Part shown: positions 16,513-25,203 of the stretch, in pieces
Layout: each line of letters begins with the position of its first letter
Numbering within the stretch: position 1 is the first letter of the stretch
NCBI GenBank assembly: GCA_038064195.1
Contig: JBBTTO010000003.1
Location: forward strand, 178,428-242,427
Length of the DNA stretch: 64,000 nt
Source: Patescibacteria group bacterium
GTDB lineage: Bacteria > Patescibacteriota > Microgenomatia > Levybacterales > UBA12049
Direction of reading: 5' to 3'
Position numbers and translations under genes: made by a program
The notes under the pieces: model-generated
The model's database searches: none
What the model was told of the DNA's origin: nothing
Seen by the model: only the letters and a program-made list of their open reading frames with translations

Positions 16513-18033
16513 ATGCTTAATTTTATTGATTCATATCTCGATCGGATTACGATGTACAGGCTTGTCTTGTATTATCTGATCGTCTTGCTCGGAGCGGCTT
16601 TCCTATTGAGTCTCTTAGGCATTCTCAACTATAATCCACTCGGGATTTTATTTAACAGTATTTTTCTGGTCGTTATCTGTTATATCACCAATAGAGTTTT
16701 TGCCTCAGTTTTTAAGGCTCCGACCAACGTCGAGTCTGTCTATATTACATCTCTCATTCTCGCCTGTATCATCACGCCTTTTAAGAGTCTGCAGGATTTG
16801 CCGATGCTCGGCTTTGCGGCTGTGTTGGCAGTCTCATCCAAATATATCTTGGCCATCAAGAAAAAACATATTTTCAATCCCGTGGCGATTGCTGTCGTCC
16901 TGACGGCTTTCGGCTTTGGGGTCTCAGCGAGCTGGTGGATCGGGAACGCCTGGATGACGCCTTTTATCGTACTTGGCGGACTACTCGTCATGCGTAAAAC
17001 GAGACGCGAGCATATGGTCTTCATGTTTTGGGCAGTTGCGTTGGCTGTGATTTCCATTTTTACCCTTATTGATGGTAACTCATATGTCTTGATGCTTGAT
17101 CAGGTCTTCCTCCATTCGTCATTTTTCTTTTTTGCTTTTCTCATGTTCACCGAGCCGCTCACGACTCCGCCGACACGAAGTCTGCAGCTGATGTATGCGG
17201 TCCTCATCGGTCTCCTTTTCCCGCCTCAAGTTCATCTGGGAAGCTGGTATACCACGCCTGAGCTGGCACTTGTCATCGGCAATGTTTTTGCCTATCTGAT
17301 CAGCCCTCGGCAAAAGTTCGTCATGCTTCTCTCAGAAAAATTGCAAATCGCCCCTGATATCATGGATTTTGTTTTCAAGCCTCCTGAACGCCTCCGCTAT
17401 TCAGCAGGTCAGTACTTCGAATGGACTTTTCAACACCCCCAGACCGACAGCCGGGGGAACAGGCGCTATTTTACACTTGCATCAAGTCCGACAGAAGATA
17501 CACTTCGGATCGGGGTCAAATTTTATGAAGGCGGCAGCAGTTACAAAAAATCACTGCAAAAAATGGATGAGAAAGTACCGATTGTTGCTGCACAGCTGGC
17601 AGGAGAGTTCATTTTGCCTAATGATAAGACAAAAAAACTGGTTTTTGTGGCAGGAGGTATCGGAGTGACCCCTTTTAGGAGTATGCTCAAATATCTTATC
17701 GATACGAAAGAAAAGCGGGATATTATCGTCCTTTTCTCCAATAAATATGAGTCGGATATTGTCTATAAAGATATTTTGGATCAGGCAGAACGTGAACTCG
17801 GGATCAGAACTGTTTACACACTGACCGATACTGATAAAATTTCACCGACTTGGACAGGGGAGAAAGGAAGAATTTCCTCTGAGATCATCCAGAAAAATAT
17901 TCCTGACTGGAGAGAACGATTTTTTTATCTTTCGGGTCCGCATGCGATGGTCGTGGGTTTTGAGACGACGCTCAGGCAAATGGGACTGCCGGCATCACTT
18001 ATTAAAAAGGATTTCTTTCCGGGATTTGTATAA
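16513..18033 (+). CDS. Polytopic membrane domain (about 270 aa) fused to a C-terminal ferredoxin-NADP reductase-like FAD/NAD(P)-binding oxidoreductase domain
   Basis: About 6-7 hydrophobic helices at the N-terminus. The C-terminus has RYFTLASSP (RxYS FAD motif) and GGIGVTPF (NAD(P) motif). No Cys cluster, so no Fe-S centre. Confidence 0.65.
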   Translation: MLNFIDSYLDRITMYRLVLYYLIVLLGAAFLLSLLGILNYNPLGILFNSIFLVVICYITNRVFASVFKAPTNVESVYITSLILACIITPFKSLQDLPMLGFAAVLAVSSKYILAIKKKHIFNPVAIAVVLTAFGFGVSASWWIGNAWMTPFIVLGGLLVMRKTRREHMVFMFWAVALAVISIFTLIDGNSYVLMLDQVFLHSSFFFFAFLMFTEPLTTPPTRSLQLMYAVLIGLLFPPQVHLGSWYTTPELALVIGNVFAYLISPRQKFVMLLSEKLQIAPDIMDFVFKPPERLRYSAGQYFEWTFQHPQTDSRGNRRYFTLASSPTEDTLRIGVKFYEGGSSYKKSLQKMDEKVPIVAAQLAGEFILPNDKTKKLVFVAGGIGVTPFRSMLKYLIDTKEKRDIIVLFSNKYESDIVYKDILDQAERELGIRTVYTLTDTDKISPTWTGEKGRISSEIIQKNIPDWRERFFYLSGPHAMVVGFETTLRQMGLPASLIKKDFFPGFV

Positions 18034-18207
18034 TAATTTTTCTCTTGACCCCTCTCCTAATAGGAGAGGGTGGTACCGCTTGCGGAGGGTGAGGTTTAGG
18101 TTGCCTCTTTGCAATTTCTAAACAAATATGGTTTAGTGGGGGAATAATCTTGGGAGGCTTGCCCTCCGAAGCCTGACCTCATAGGGTTAATGCAAATTAA
18201 AGTGAGG

Positions 18208-18259
18208 AACGAAACCCGCCTTCGCTAAAGCTATGGCGGGCGAAGGGGGGTGATAGATA
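18208..18259 (+). promoter_or_regulatory. Conserved 5' leader RNA motif, copy A (aacgaaacccgcc-loop-ggcgggcgaagggggg) in front of the cupredoxin gene
   Basis: Near-identical core to 44279-44349. The stem cccgcc/ggcggg encloses a variable loop and the SD-like GGGGGG follows. Confidence 0.5.
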
Positions 18260-18721
18260 ATGAATAGTAAAATTCTTATAGCTGCTGTTGTACTCCTGGT
18301 AGTACTTGGTACAGGAGTGTATCTTTTGACAAAGAATTCGACCACGACTGCACCTGTCCCTGTTGCGACTCCTACACCGACAACTGCGGCTATCGAGGAG
18401 ACTCCGACAGCAGCACCGTCGGAGGCGATGACAAAGACATCAGGAACAGTCAAAGAGATCACCGTGACCGGTTCATCTTTCAAATTTGTCCCGGCTACGA
18501 TTTCTGTGAAAAAGGGGGACACGGTCAAAGTCACCTTTGTGAACTCGGGCGGCTCGCATAACTTTGTAATTGACGAATTCAGTGTCTCAACCAAGGTTAT
18601 TGCCAGTGGGCAGTCAGAGACTGTCAGTTTTGTGGCTGATAAAGTAGGAACGTATGAATACTACTGCACTGTGGGTAACCACAGGCAAAAGGGTATGGTG
18701 GGCAAACTCATAGTGCAATAA
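18260..18721 (+). CDS. Cupredoxin-fold (type-1 blue copper) protein, membrane-anchored
   Basis: N-terminal TM anchor and a Thr/Pro-rich linker. His in GGSHNF and C-x4-H-x4-M (YYCTVGNHRQKGM) are azurin/plastocyanin-like copper ligands. Confidence 0.65.
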   Translation: MNSKILIAAVVLLVVLGTGVYLLTKNSTTTAPVPVATPTPTTAAIEETPTAAPSEAMTKTSGTVKEITVTGSSFKFVPATISVKKGDTVKVTFVNSGGSHNFVIDEFSVSTKVIASGQSETVSFVADKVGTYEYYCTVGNHRQKGMVGKLIVQ

Positions 18722-18739
18722 GGTTTTTCCTATGAGATA

Positions 18740-18785
18740 AGGAGGCCCCGAGTCTGACTCGTGACCTCCTTACTTGTTTCTTACG
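18740..18785 (+). terminator. Rho-independent terminator after the cupredoxin gene
   Basis: Hairpin aggaggccccgagtc...gactcgtgacctcct followed by tacttgtttctt. Confidence 0.55.
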
Positions 18786-18820
18786 AAATTTCTCTCCAGT
18801 GTATGCTATCATCCGTCTGA

Positions 18821-19336
18821 ATGAATCGGATCTTTCTGATCGGCGGCTTGGGCGTCATCGCTATTGCCGCTGTCAGTGGATTTTTCCTCTCCCGTCCTGA
18901 CTCCGATACCACATCAACCGCAACCCAGTCATCCGCCGGTCCAACTCGTGCACCATCACCGACAACTACATCGGTACCAGAGATGAGTTTTCAGGATCTC
19001 CTCAGCTTGGGAGGAGATCATAAATGTACCTGGTCGGGAACGACTGGGGGGCAGACTATGGATGGGGTCGTCTACCTATCAGGACGTAAAGTGCATAGTG
19101 AGGCACATACGACTGTCCCGACACTCGGGGCGATGACAGCCTATGCTGTGGGGGATGGGACTACGATGACGATCTGGACGAGTATCGCACCAGCGCAAAA
19201 AACAACCATGCCCTATACGCAGATGGGAGCTCCGTCAAGTACGGATAAGCAGGCTTTCAATGCTTTCGCCCAGAAATATGCTTATCACTGCAGTGATTGG
19301 ACTGTAGATCCTACTCTGTTTGTGATCCCTAGATAG
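18821..19336 (+). CDS. Membrane-anchored secreted hypothetical protein
   Basis: Signal-anchor helix followed by a Thr/Ser/Pro-rich linker. Confidence 0.45.
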   Translation: MNRIFLIGGLGVIAIAAVSGFFLSRPDSDTTSTATQSSAGPTRAPSPTTTSVPEMSFQDLLSLGGDHKCTWSGTTGGQTMDGVVYLSGRKVHSEAHTTVPTLGAMTAYAVGDGTTMTIWTSIAPAQKTTMPYTQMGAPSSTDKQAFNAFAQKYAYHCSDWTVDPTLFVIPR

Positions 19337-19366
19337 CCTTGACGCGTTTGGTATAATATATCCAGT

Positions 19367-19939
19367 ATGGTAAGCAAGAGTCCTGAAGGTGATCTTCTTC
19401 CTCATCATGGAGCCTCTAAAGTTGACCTCTCCCAGTTTCGTAGGCTTGATGTGCAACGTATAGGACCGGGTGAAGCATTGCTTCTTTATAATTCCGATGT
19501 GCCTGAAGCCGAGGAGGCTGTTATGGATGTGGGCGCAGATGAGAGGCCCGTAATAGGAGAAATCTCCCCCCAGACAAGACAGATAGTAAAAGATTTGATA
19601 ACCGGGCACGGGGAAGCGATACGGCATGCGACCTCAGGCGAAGGACCGGATGATTTTGGTACTGAGAGAAGTGGGCGGGAAGCCCTTCATGCGGCTATAA
19701 CTGGGTTGAGAGGAGATCGTGCGGGTAGAGGTGCATTCGGGAATATGGTAAAAGAGATCGTTGCAAGTAATGCCACTAAGGGTGTGTACGACCCTCCGGA
19801 CGACTCACTCGCATTTGCAAATGCCATACAAAGGTATGTCCAAGATCAAGCGGATAGGTTTTATGATGAATACGGAGTGCGTTATGATACTAAGCCGATA
19901 CCAATTCGCGGCCAAAATAGAGTTTCTGATGTAGCCTAA
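19367..19939 (+). CDS. Hypothetical protein (GC-rich island)
   Basis: 190-aa ORF with no domain recognised. Confidence 0.35.
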   Translation: MVSKSPEGDLLPHHGASKVDLSQFRRLDVQRIGPGEALLLYNSDVPEAEEAVMDVGADERPVIGEISPQTRQIVKDLITGHGEAIRHATSGEGPDDFGTERSGREALHAAITGLRGDRAGRGAFGNMVKEIVASNATKGVYDPPDDSLAFANAIQRYVQDQADRFYDEYGVRYDTKPIPIRGQNRVSDVA

Positions 19940-20004
19940 AAATGAAAACGGGTTTGGCGGACAGGAATACCCGCCGCCAAACCCGGATACTTTCTCTCCA
20001 ACGT

Positions 20005-20385
20005 TCAGTCGGTGGTCGTCGCCTGGATAATGCCGGGCAGTCTCGCCAGATCCAGGTTTTGTCCCACCGGGTAGATTACGGCTACGCCAATGTAAGGGAG
20101 AGCAAATTCGATCGTCCCGTCGTATTTGACGGAGTAGGGCTGCGTTCCCTGCACGCTACATGACTTATTGTCGGTCTGTGGCGCTCGCCAGTTGGCTTCG
20201 GCGACCTCATCCCGGACAGCGATCTTATGACAAGTGAACTTGACCAGGTGACGATCAAGCGTGATTTGCTTGAGCGGCCCTCGGAAGCACTCGCCACCTT
20301 CAAAGACAGCGATATCTCGCCCGATGAGATCCCTTCTCGTAGCGAGAGCGGAGCAATAGCCTCTGCTGGAACTGCTCATACCCAC
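20005..20385 (-). CDS. Hypothetical protein (GC-rich island)
   Basis: 126-aa ORF. Confidence 0.3.
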   Translation of the reverse strand: MGMSSSSRGYCSALATRRDLIGRDIAVFEGGECFRGPLKQITLDRHLVKFTCHKIAVRDEVAEANWRAPQTDNKSCSVQGTQPYSVKYDGTIEFALPYIGVAVIYPVGQNLDLARLPGIIQATTTD

Positions 20386-20542
20386 CTCCTGTTAGTTAGA
20401 AACAAAAAGTTGAATGCTTTGTAAGTTGCATCCGACAACGTGTGCCGGGGCACCTTTTTCAGCACGCGCAGTATAGCAGAGTAAAGCTTTAGCTAGCAAA
20501 TATGGTCAACATCTTTTACACCGGTTTTGTTAACGCGCGTGG

Positions 20543-20548
20543 TAGAAT
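20543..20548 (+). promoter_or_regulatory. Extended -10 (tggTAGAAT) 6 nt upstream of the GTG start of the DUF2207 gene (leaderless)
   Basis: gcgTGgTAGAATacagtaGTG. Confidence 0.45.
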
Positions 20549-20554
20549 ACAGTA

Positions 20555-22240
20555 GTGAATAGGTTTTTGACATTTTTTATTTTTAGTTTTGTCACTTTTC
20601 TCCTCTTTCTCCCCGTGAAAGTCTCTGCACAGGAAGCTATTAATTCCTTTGATGTCTCCATGACTGCAGAGAAAAACGGAGATCTTAAGGTATCGGAAAA
20701 GATCGCATATAGCTTTGGTAGTTCGTACAGGCACGGCATTTATCGCTATATTCCACTCGTTTCACGAGTAGGTGATCTATATCGAGTAATCGACATCAAA
20801 TTTACCGGAATTCTCCGCGACGGGAAGAAAGAACAGTATTCCATAAATAGCAGTGGGGAGGAGATAAAAGTAAAGATAGGGGATGCCGACAAGACCATAT
20901 CCGGTCCGCATCTCTATGAGATCGATTACATCGTGCGAAATGGTATCGGGAGTAACTACGCGGATCATGACGAGATCTACTGGAACGTGACAGGGAATGA
21001 GTGGGGAGCACCTATCGAGGCTGCTTCGCTTTCTCTTGCCACAGATTTTGGTGTACCGGTTGGACGGACCATTTGTTTTACGGGACTGATAGGCTCAAAA
21101 GAAAGTAATTGTGAAGTGACCAATACGAATGGATCAGTAAAAGTCGCAACAGCTATCTCTCTTCCTCAGTCGCAAGGATTGACCTTTGTCTCGAAATTTC
21201 CGGTCGGGACTTTCCCTAAAAGTACCCTGCAAAAATCCATGCCTACCGACCCGGATGTCAAAGTATTTTTGATTATTGTAGGCATAGCATTTGTACTCCT
21301 CAATTTTATCCTCGCGCCATTCCTGCTCTCCTGGTATCTAAAAAAGCGCAATAAAACCAGATTTGGTCCGCCTACGGTGAATTTTGATCTGCCGGAGTCT
21401 TTTAATGGGGAGCGTATCAGTCCCTCAGAAGCGGGGACGATCGATAACACTAAGCTTGAGAAAGAAGATGTCGTGGCGACTATTTTTGATCTGGCGATCA
21501 GAAAATATCTCAAGATCGAAGGCACAATCAAAAAGACCAAATTTGGTTTGGGTGAGAGCCAAGACTTTACCCTCACCCGACTTGAGCCCCTCCAAAGGCG
21601 GGCAGGCCACTCATATGCCGAGCCACTCAATCAGTTTGAGAGTTATCTTATGGACAAGCTGTTTAAAGGTGAGAAGACCGCGACGTTAAAAACGGCCAAG
21701 CTGACCTATACGACTTTTTCAGATCTTGAGACCAAGAACTTCGCGTCATTGATCGGCCGCAATTTTTATAGCAAAAATCCCAAAACACAAAAATCATTCA
21801 GTCTGGTTTTTGGCCTCATGGCACTTTTTTCAGGATCGATCATCCTTGGCCCGGTGCTGTTGTATTTATCACGCAAATTAAATGGACGGACGACTCAAGG
21901 GGATGAGATGGATTGGAAGTTAGACGGGCTAAAGATTTTTCTCAAAGCGACCAAGAGATACGATGTCTGGCAGACCAAGAACTTTGTTTTCCTCGAGTCT
22001 ATGATCCCGTACGCGATGGCACTTGGGGTGATTGAGGATTACATGAAAGAGTTGAAGTTACTTAAGCCCAATTATAGTCCGAGTTGGTACAGCGGGCGGG
22101 GGAATTTCTATATGATGTATCCGCTTTTCAACTCAACAGCAAGCAGTAACGTCACGACCAGTGCCCCATCTTCCTCCAGTGGGTTCTCCGGTGGCTCCTC
22201 AGGTGGAGGAGGGGGAGGTGGCGGCGGCGGGTCTTGGTAG
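20555..22240 (+). CDS. DUF2207-family membrane protein with a Gly-rich C-terminal tail
   Basis: Signal peptide, large extracytoplasmic domain, TM helices, and a C-terminus ending GGSSGGGGGGGGGGSW. Confidence 0.7.
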   Translation: MNRFLTFFIFSFVTFLLFLPVKVSAQEAINSFDVSMTAEKNGDLKVSEKIAYSFGSSYRHGIYRYIPLVSRVGDLYRVIDIKFTGILRDGKKEQYSINSSGEEIKVKIGDADKTISGPHLYEIDYIVRNGIGSNYADHDEIYWNVTGNEWGAPIEAASLSLATDFGVPVGRTICFTGLIGSKESNCEVTNTNGSVKVATAISLPQSQGLTFVSKFPVGTFPKSTLQKSMPTDPDVKVFLIIVGIAFVLLNFILAPFLLSWYLKKRNKTRFGPPTVNFDLPESFNGERISPSEAGTIDNTKLEKEDVVATIFDLAIRKYLKIEGTIKKTKFGLGESQDFTLTRLEPLQRRAGHSYAEPLNQFESYLMDKLFKGEKTATLKTAKLTYTTFSDLETKNFASLIGRNFYSKNPKTQKSFSLVFGLMALFSGSIILGPVLLYLSRKLNGRTTQGDEMDWKLDGLKIFLKATKRYDVWQTKNFVFLESMIPYAMALGVIEDYMKELKLLKPNYSPSWYSGRGNFYMMYPLFNSTASSNVTTSAPSSSSGFSGGSSGGGGGGGGGGSW

Positions 22241-22440
22241 TTTTTTTCTTTTATTTTTCTTGGGGGTCGGTAGTAACTTTGAATCTTTTATCTTCGAACC
22301 TTTTATTTTTTTAGATCGATCTTGAATAAAGGTTACAGGACCATAAAAATTATTTTCAACTTTTTGTGAGTTGTGGGGTTCAAAATGAAGAAAATTTGAG
22401 AAATCTGCCCCTATTTTAAAAAGACTTTCAACGAGCTGGT

Positions 22441-22839
22441 TCATATTTTAAGTTCAATAATATAGAGTCTTCCTACTCCTGGAACGTTTTCCTGAGTCCA
22501 TTCGTATCTTCCATTGTGTTTTTTAGGATCGATATCATGTGCCTTTAAAAAACTGGTAGCTGAGACCGTTGCGTTGAACTTTTCTTTGGTAATTTTAAAG
22601 GTTGCTTTATCTTTATTATTAGTAGGCAAAATTCCTATTGCTCGTTTAGCTTTATCAAAAAATAAAATCACATAGTCATATTTTAAGATATCAGTAATTT
22701 TGCAAAATTTGGCTGAAAAGGCTATTGCGTAGTGCTGAGTAATAGAGATTTCTGCAGCTCCCGGAGTAAAGTCTTTCTCAAACTTAGTAAAGTTATAACT
22801 CATACTTCCCATAGTACCATTATATTTTCCCGTTGTCAA
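22441..22839 (-). CDS. Hypothetical protein carried on the approx 640-bp inserted segment
   Basis: 132-aa ORF. It is AT-rich and on the opposite strand to DUF2207. Confidence 0.4.
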   Translation of the reverse strand: MTTGKYNGTMGSMSYNFTKFEKDFTPGAAEISITQHYAIAFSAKFCKITDILKYDYVILFFDKAKRAIGILPTNNKDKATFKITKEKFNATVSATSFLKAHDIDPKKHNGRYEWTQENVPGVGRLYIIELKI

Positions 22840-22880
22840 TCTCCGTGTTTACCATTATCTCCATCAGTCTTTGCGGTAGT

Positions 22881-22921
22881 TCCTCAGGTGGAGGAGGCGG
22901 AGGTGGCGGAGGGTCTTGGTA
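22881..22921 (+). repeat. Direct repeat copy 2 of the DUF2207 3' end (in-frame relic ...GSSSGGGGGGGGGSW-stop without a start codon)
   Basis: tcctcaggtggaggaggcggaggtggcggagggtcttggtaa compared with copy 1 at 22196-22240 is about 38/41 identical. Confidence 0.8.
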
Positions 22922-23002
22922 ACCCCAGCTTCCCAATTCCTTCTCTCCAAGTAAAAAGAGAGTCGCGTTCTCTAGGTAATGGAATAGTGGTATAATGACC
23001 TC

Positions 23003-23236
23003 ATGCTAGAGAAAGAATATAAATATTATAAAGACAATCAAAAGGATTTCCTGAGTAAGTATAAAGGGAAAGTTTTAGTCATAAAAGAAGAAAAGCTTAT
23101 TGGTGTCTATGACGATGAAGCAGTTGCATATGATGCAACGGTATCTGTTCATCCACTGGGAACGTTTCTTATTCAAAGATGTGTGCCTGATAATGAAACT
23201 GTGCAATCATTCCACTCAAGAGTGATCTTTTCATGA
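23003..23236 (+). CDS. DUF5678-like small protein
   Basis: 77 aa. KGKVLVIKEEKLIGVYDDEAVAYDAT...GTFLIQRCVPDNE fits my memory of DUF5678. Confidence 0.45.
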   Translation: MLEKEYKYYKDNQKDFLSKYKGKVLVIKEEKLIGVYDDEAVAYDATVSVHPLGTFLIQRCVPDNETVQSFHSRVIFS

Positions 23237-23242
23237 AAAATA

Positions 23243-23827
23243 ATGCAAGACTTTCAAGCTTTTACTGTAAAGTATTCTGGTAGAACTAATGTACTTCAAA
23301 GCGAGGTAGCTATTTCAGCCGCGTTTGATCCCACTATAGTAGTCAAAGTGAATAGACCTCAATCCGTTAAAGCAATGGCGATTTGGGATACCGGTGCTAG
23401 CTGTAGTGTGATCTCAAAAAACTTAGCACAGAAAATTGGCCTTGTTCCTTCGGGGAAAACTACAATTACTGGAGTGAATCATACTACTTTGGAGAATACA
23501 TATCTCGTTAATGTATACCTACCAAACAATGTTTGTGCAGGATATATAAGAATCGCAGAAGTCCCTGCGTTATCAGGTGGTGCTGACGTCTTAATTGGAA
23601 TGGATATTATTGGTGAGGGAGACTTTTCGCTGTACTTAGAAAATGGGTGTAGCGTTATGAGTTATAGATTACCGAGTATTGGAGGAACGGATTATGTGGT
23701 TTTAGCAGGGAACATCAATAACCAGCAAGCTTTGCGTCAAAAAATTATGAACGAAAAATCAAATCTTTCTCGAATGAATAGGGCAAAGGCTATGCACAAA
23801 AGAAGGTCAAAGAAAAAGAAGAATTAA
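23243..23827 (+). CDS. Retropepsin-like (clan AA) aspartic protease with a basic C-terminal tail
   Basis: IWDTGAS (DTGA catalytic motif) and LIGMDII flap/dimer motif. The tail is KAMHKRRSKKKKN. Confidence 0.7.
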   Translation: MQDFQAFTVKYSGRTNVLQSEVAISAAFDPTIVVKVNRPQSVKAMAIWDTGASCSVISKNLAQKIGLVPSGKTTITGVNHTTLENTYLVNVYLPNNVCAGYIRIAEVPALSGGADVLIGMDIIGEGDFSLYLENGCSVMSYRLPSIGGTDYVVLAGNINNQQALRQKIMNEKSNLSRMNRAKAMHKRRSKKKKN

Positions 23828-23882
23828 TTAAACCTTTGATCAGTGGGCTCGTTATTCTAATCATAATCTTCGGATAAGGAAA

Positions 23883-24662
23883 CTATTTTAACAATGAAGC
23901 TTCTTCGTAGGTGTTAGGGATAATATTTTTCTCTATTGAATATACCGCAACTAATATTGAGTCATAAGTCTGAGTACTTTCATCATACCCTTGAGGATAT
24001 TGTTCTAATTGCTCTCCAAATAAATTATTAATTTCGTTAATTATAGTTGCTCTTTCTTTTTTTGAAAGAAGATAAGGAATTTCTCCAGTAGGGTTATCAG
24101 ATTTTGGATAATCATAATAGAGAGAGGCAATTTGGGGTGCCGATATAAAAATTGTTTTGAACCCACTATCTCTATCAGTGTTGTGCTTAGCAACCGCATA
24201 ACTTAAATTTTCTTCATAATTCGGGTCGTTATAGTCAATCTTTCGCAAATAGGCAATAAAATCATTATTTGCTTTTATGACCTTATTTGCTCCTAGAGTC
24301 ATACCTTCAGCACTGAGAGAAATTACTTGATTGGGGTCGTTAACATACTTCTGAACAGAAGAATTTCCATCTTTCATATAATCATTCTGTTTTAATAGAG
24401 TCGTAATTGCTTGAGTAAGAACGTCTTGGTCTTGGTGCGTATTTGTATTTTGACCAGCTAATTCATAGTAAGATAAGGCATTTAGTATATCCAACGAGGC
24501 CTCAACCTTATTTTGGGCAGACTTTACAATTCCGATTGTTGGAGTCATGACTTGAGATCCTTCATAAACTGTCTTAGTAGAATTATTTTGATTAAAATAA
24601 TATAACCCTCCAAGAACTAAAAGGATAATAATAAGCCAAGATTTATTAGTATTGTTTTTCAT
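23883..24662 (-). CDS. Membrane-anchored secreted hypothetical protein
   Basis: N-terminal TM helix. AT-rich. Confidence 0.45.
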   Translation of the reverse strand: MKNNTNKSWLIIILLVLGGLYYFNQNNSTKTVYEGSQVMTPTIGIVKSAQNKVEASLDILNALSYYELAGQNTNTHQDQDVLTQAITTLLKQNDYMKDGNSSVQKYVNDPNQVISLSAEGMTLGANKVIKANNDFIAYLRKIDYNDPNYEENLSYAVAKHNTDRDSGFKTIFISAPQIASLYYDYPKSDNPTGEIPYLLSKKERATIINEINNLFGEQLEQYPQGYDESTQTYDSILVAVYSIEKNIIPNTYEEASLLK

Positions 24663-24683
24663 TTGTTATAGTTTACTTCAAGT

Positions 24684-25130
24684 TTATAACCACTGGCTGA
24701 CACCGCCATGATGAGAGCATGTTCCACGCCTACTCTGACTAAAACTATATGTCCCGTCTCCACAGATAGCTGTTGCTCCTGCAGGTACAGAATTTGAGTA
24801 GGCAGGTGAGTGGACTTCATTTCCAGCACTATTTGTATAGTAATTATCATTACTTAGCCCTGATTGTGTTGTAGCTGCTGGGATTGGCGTAGGTGTACTA
24901 GTTGGAGCGACATAGATTTTTTTAGGTGTCGGTGTTGCGGTTGGAAAAGGAGTTGGAGTGTTGGTAGGAAGTGGGGTAGGAGTAACGATTTCTTGGACGG
25001 CTGTAGGTACAGAGGTAACGACAGTATTTAAGCCTTTTACTTCGCTTTGAGAAGGTTGACCATATGAAGATAAACCTCCAATGACGAGAATCCCTACCAC
25101 AGCCGCAATAGTAATTCCTTTAGTACTCAT
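24684..25130 (-). CDS. Secreted Thr/Pro-rich protein with a C-terminal DUF3761 domain
   Basis: The C-terminus CGDGTYSFSQSRRGTCSHHGGV matches the DUF3761 C...C-S-x-H-G-G-V signature. Confidence 0.55.
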   Translation of the reverse strand: MSTKGITIAAVVGILVIGGLSSYGQPSQSEVKGLNTVVTSVPTAVQEIVTPTPLPTNTPTPFPTATPTPKKIYVAPTSTPTPIPAATTQSGLSNDNYYTNSAGNEVHSPAYSNSVPAGATAICGDGTYSFSQSRRGTCSHHGGVSQWL

Positions 25131-25203
25131 TTATAGCCGGGCAGTTATCAGACTATACTCCTATAGTATTAAATTGTCAAGAAACTATAAGGTAGTGGTA
25201 TAA

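Noticed and set aside
16513-18033. Assignment of the membrane FNR-fusion protein to the NOX/ferric-reductase (FRD) family
   Set aside because: The TM region lacks the paired bis-heme His ligands, spaced 13 apart on two helices, that are typical of FRD/NOX domains. I therefore left it as an unclassified membrane domain.
22199-22444. 81-aa minus-strand ORF overlapping the DUF2207 Gly-rich tail
   Set aside because: It starts inside the inserted AT-rich DNA and reads through the antisense of the Gly-rich repeat. It is Lys-rich low-complexity and most likely spurious.
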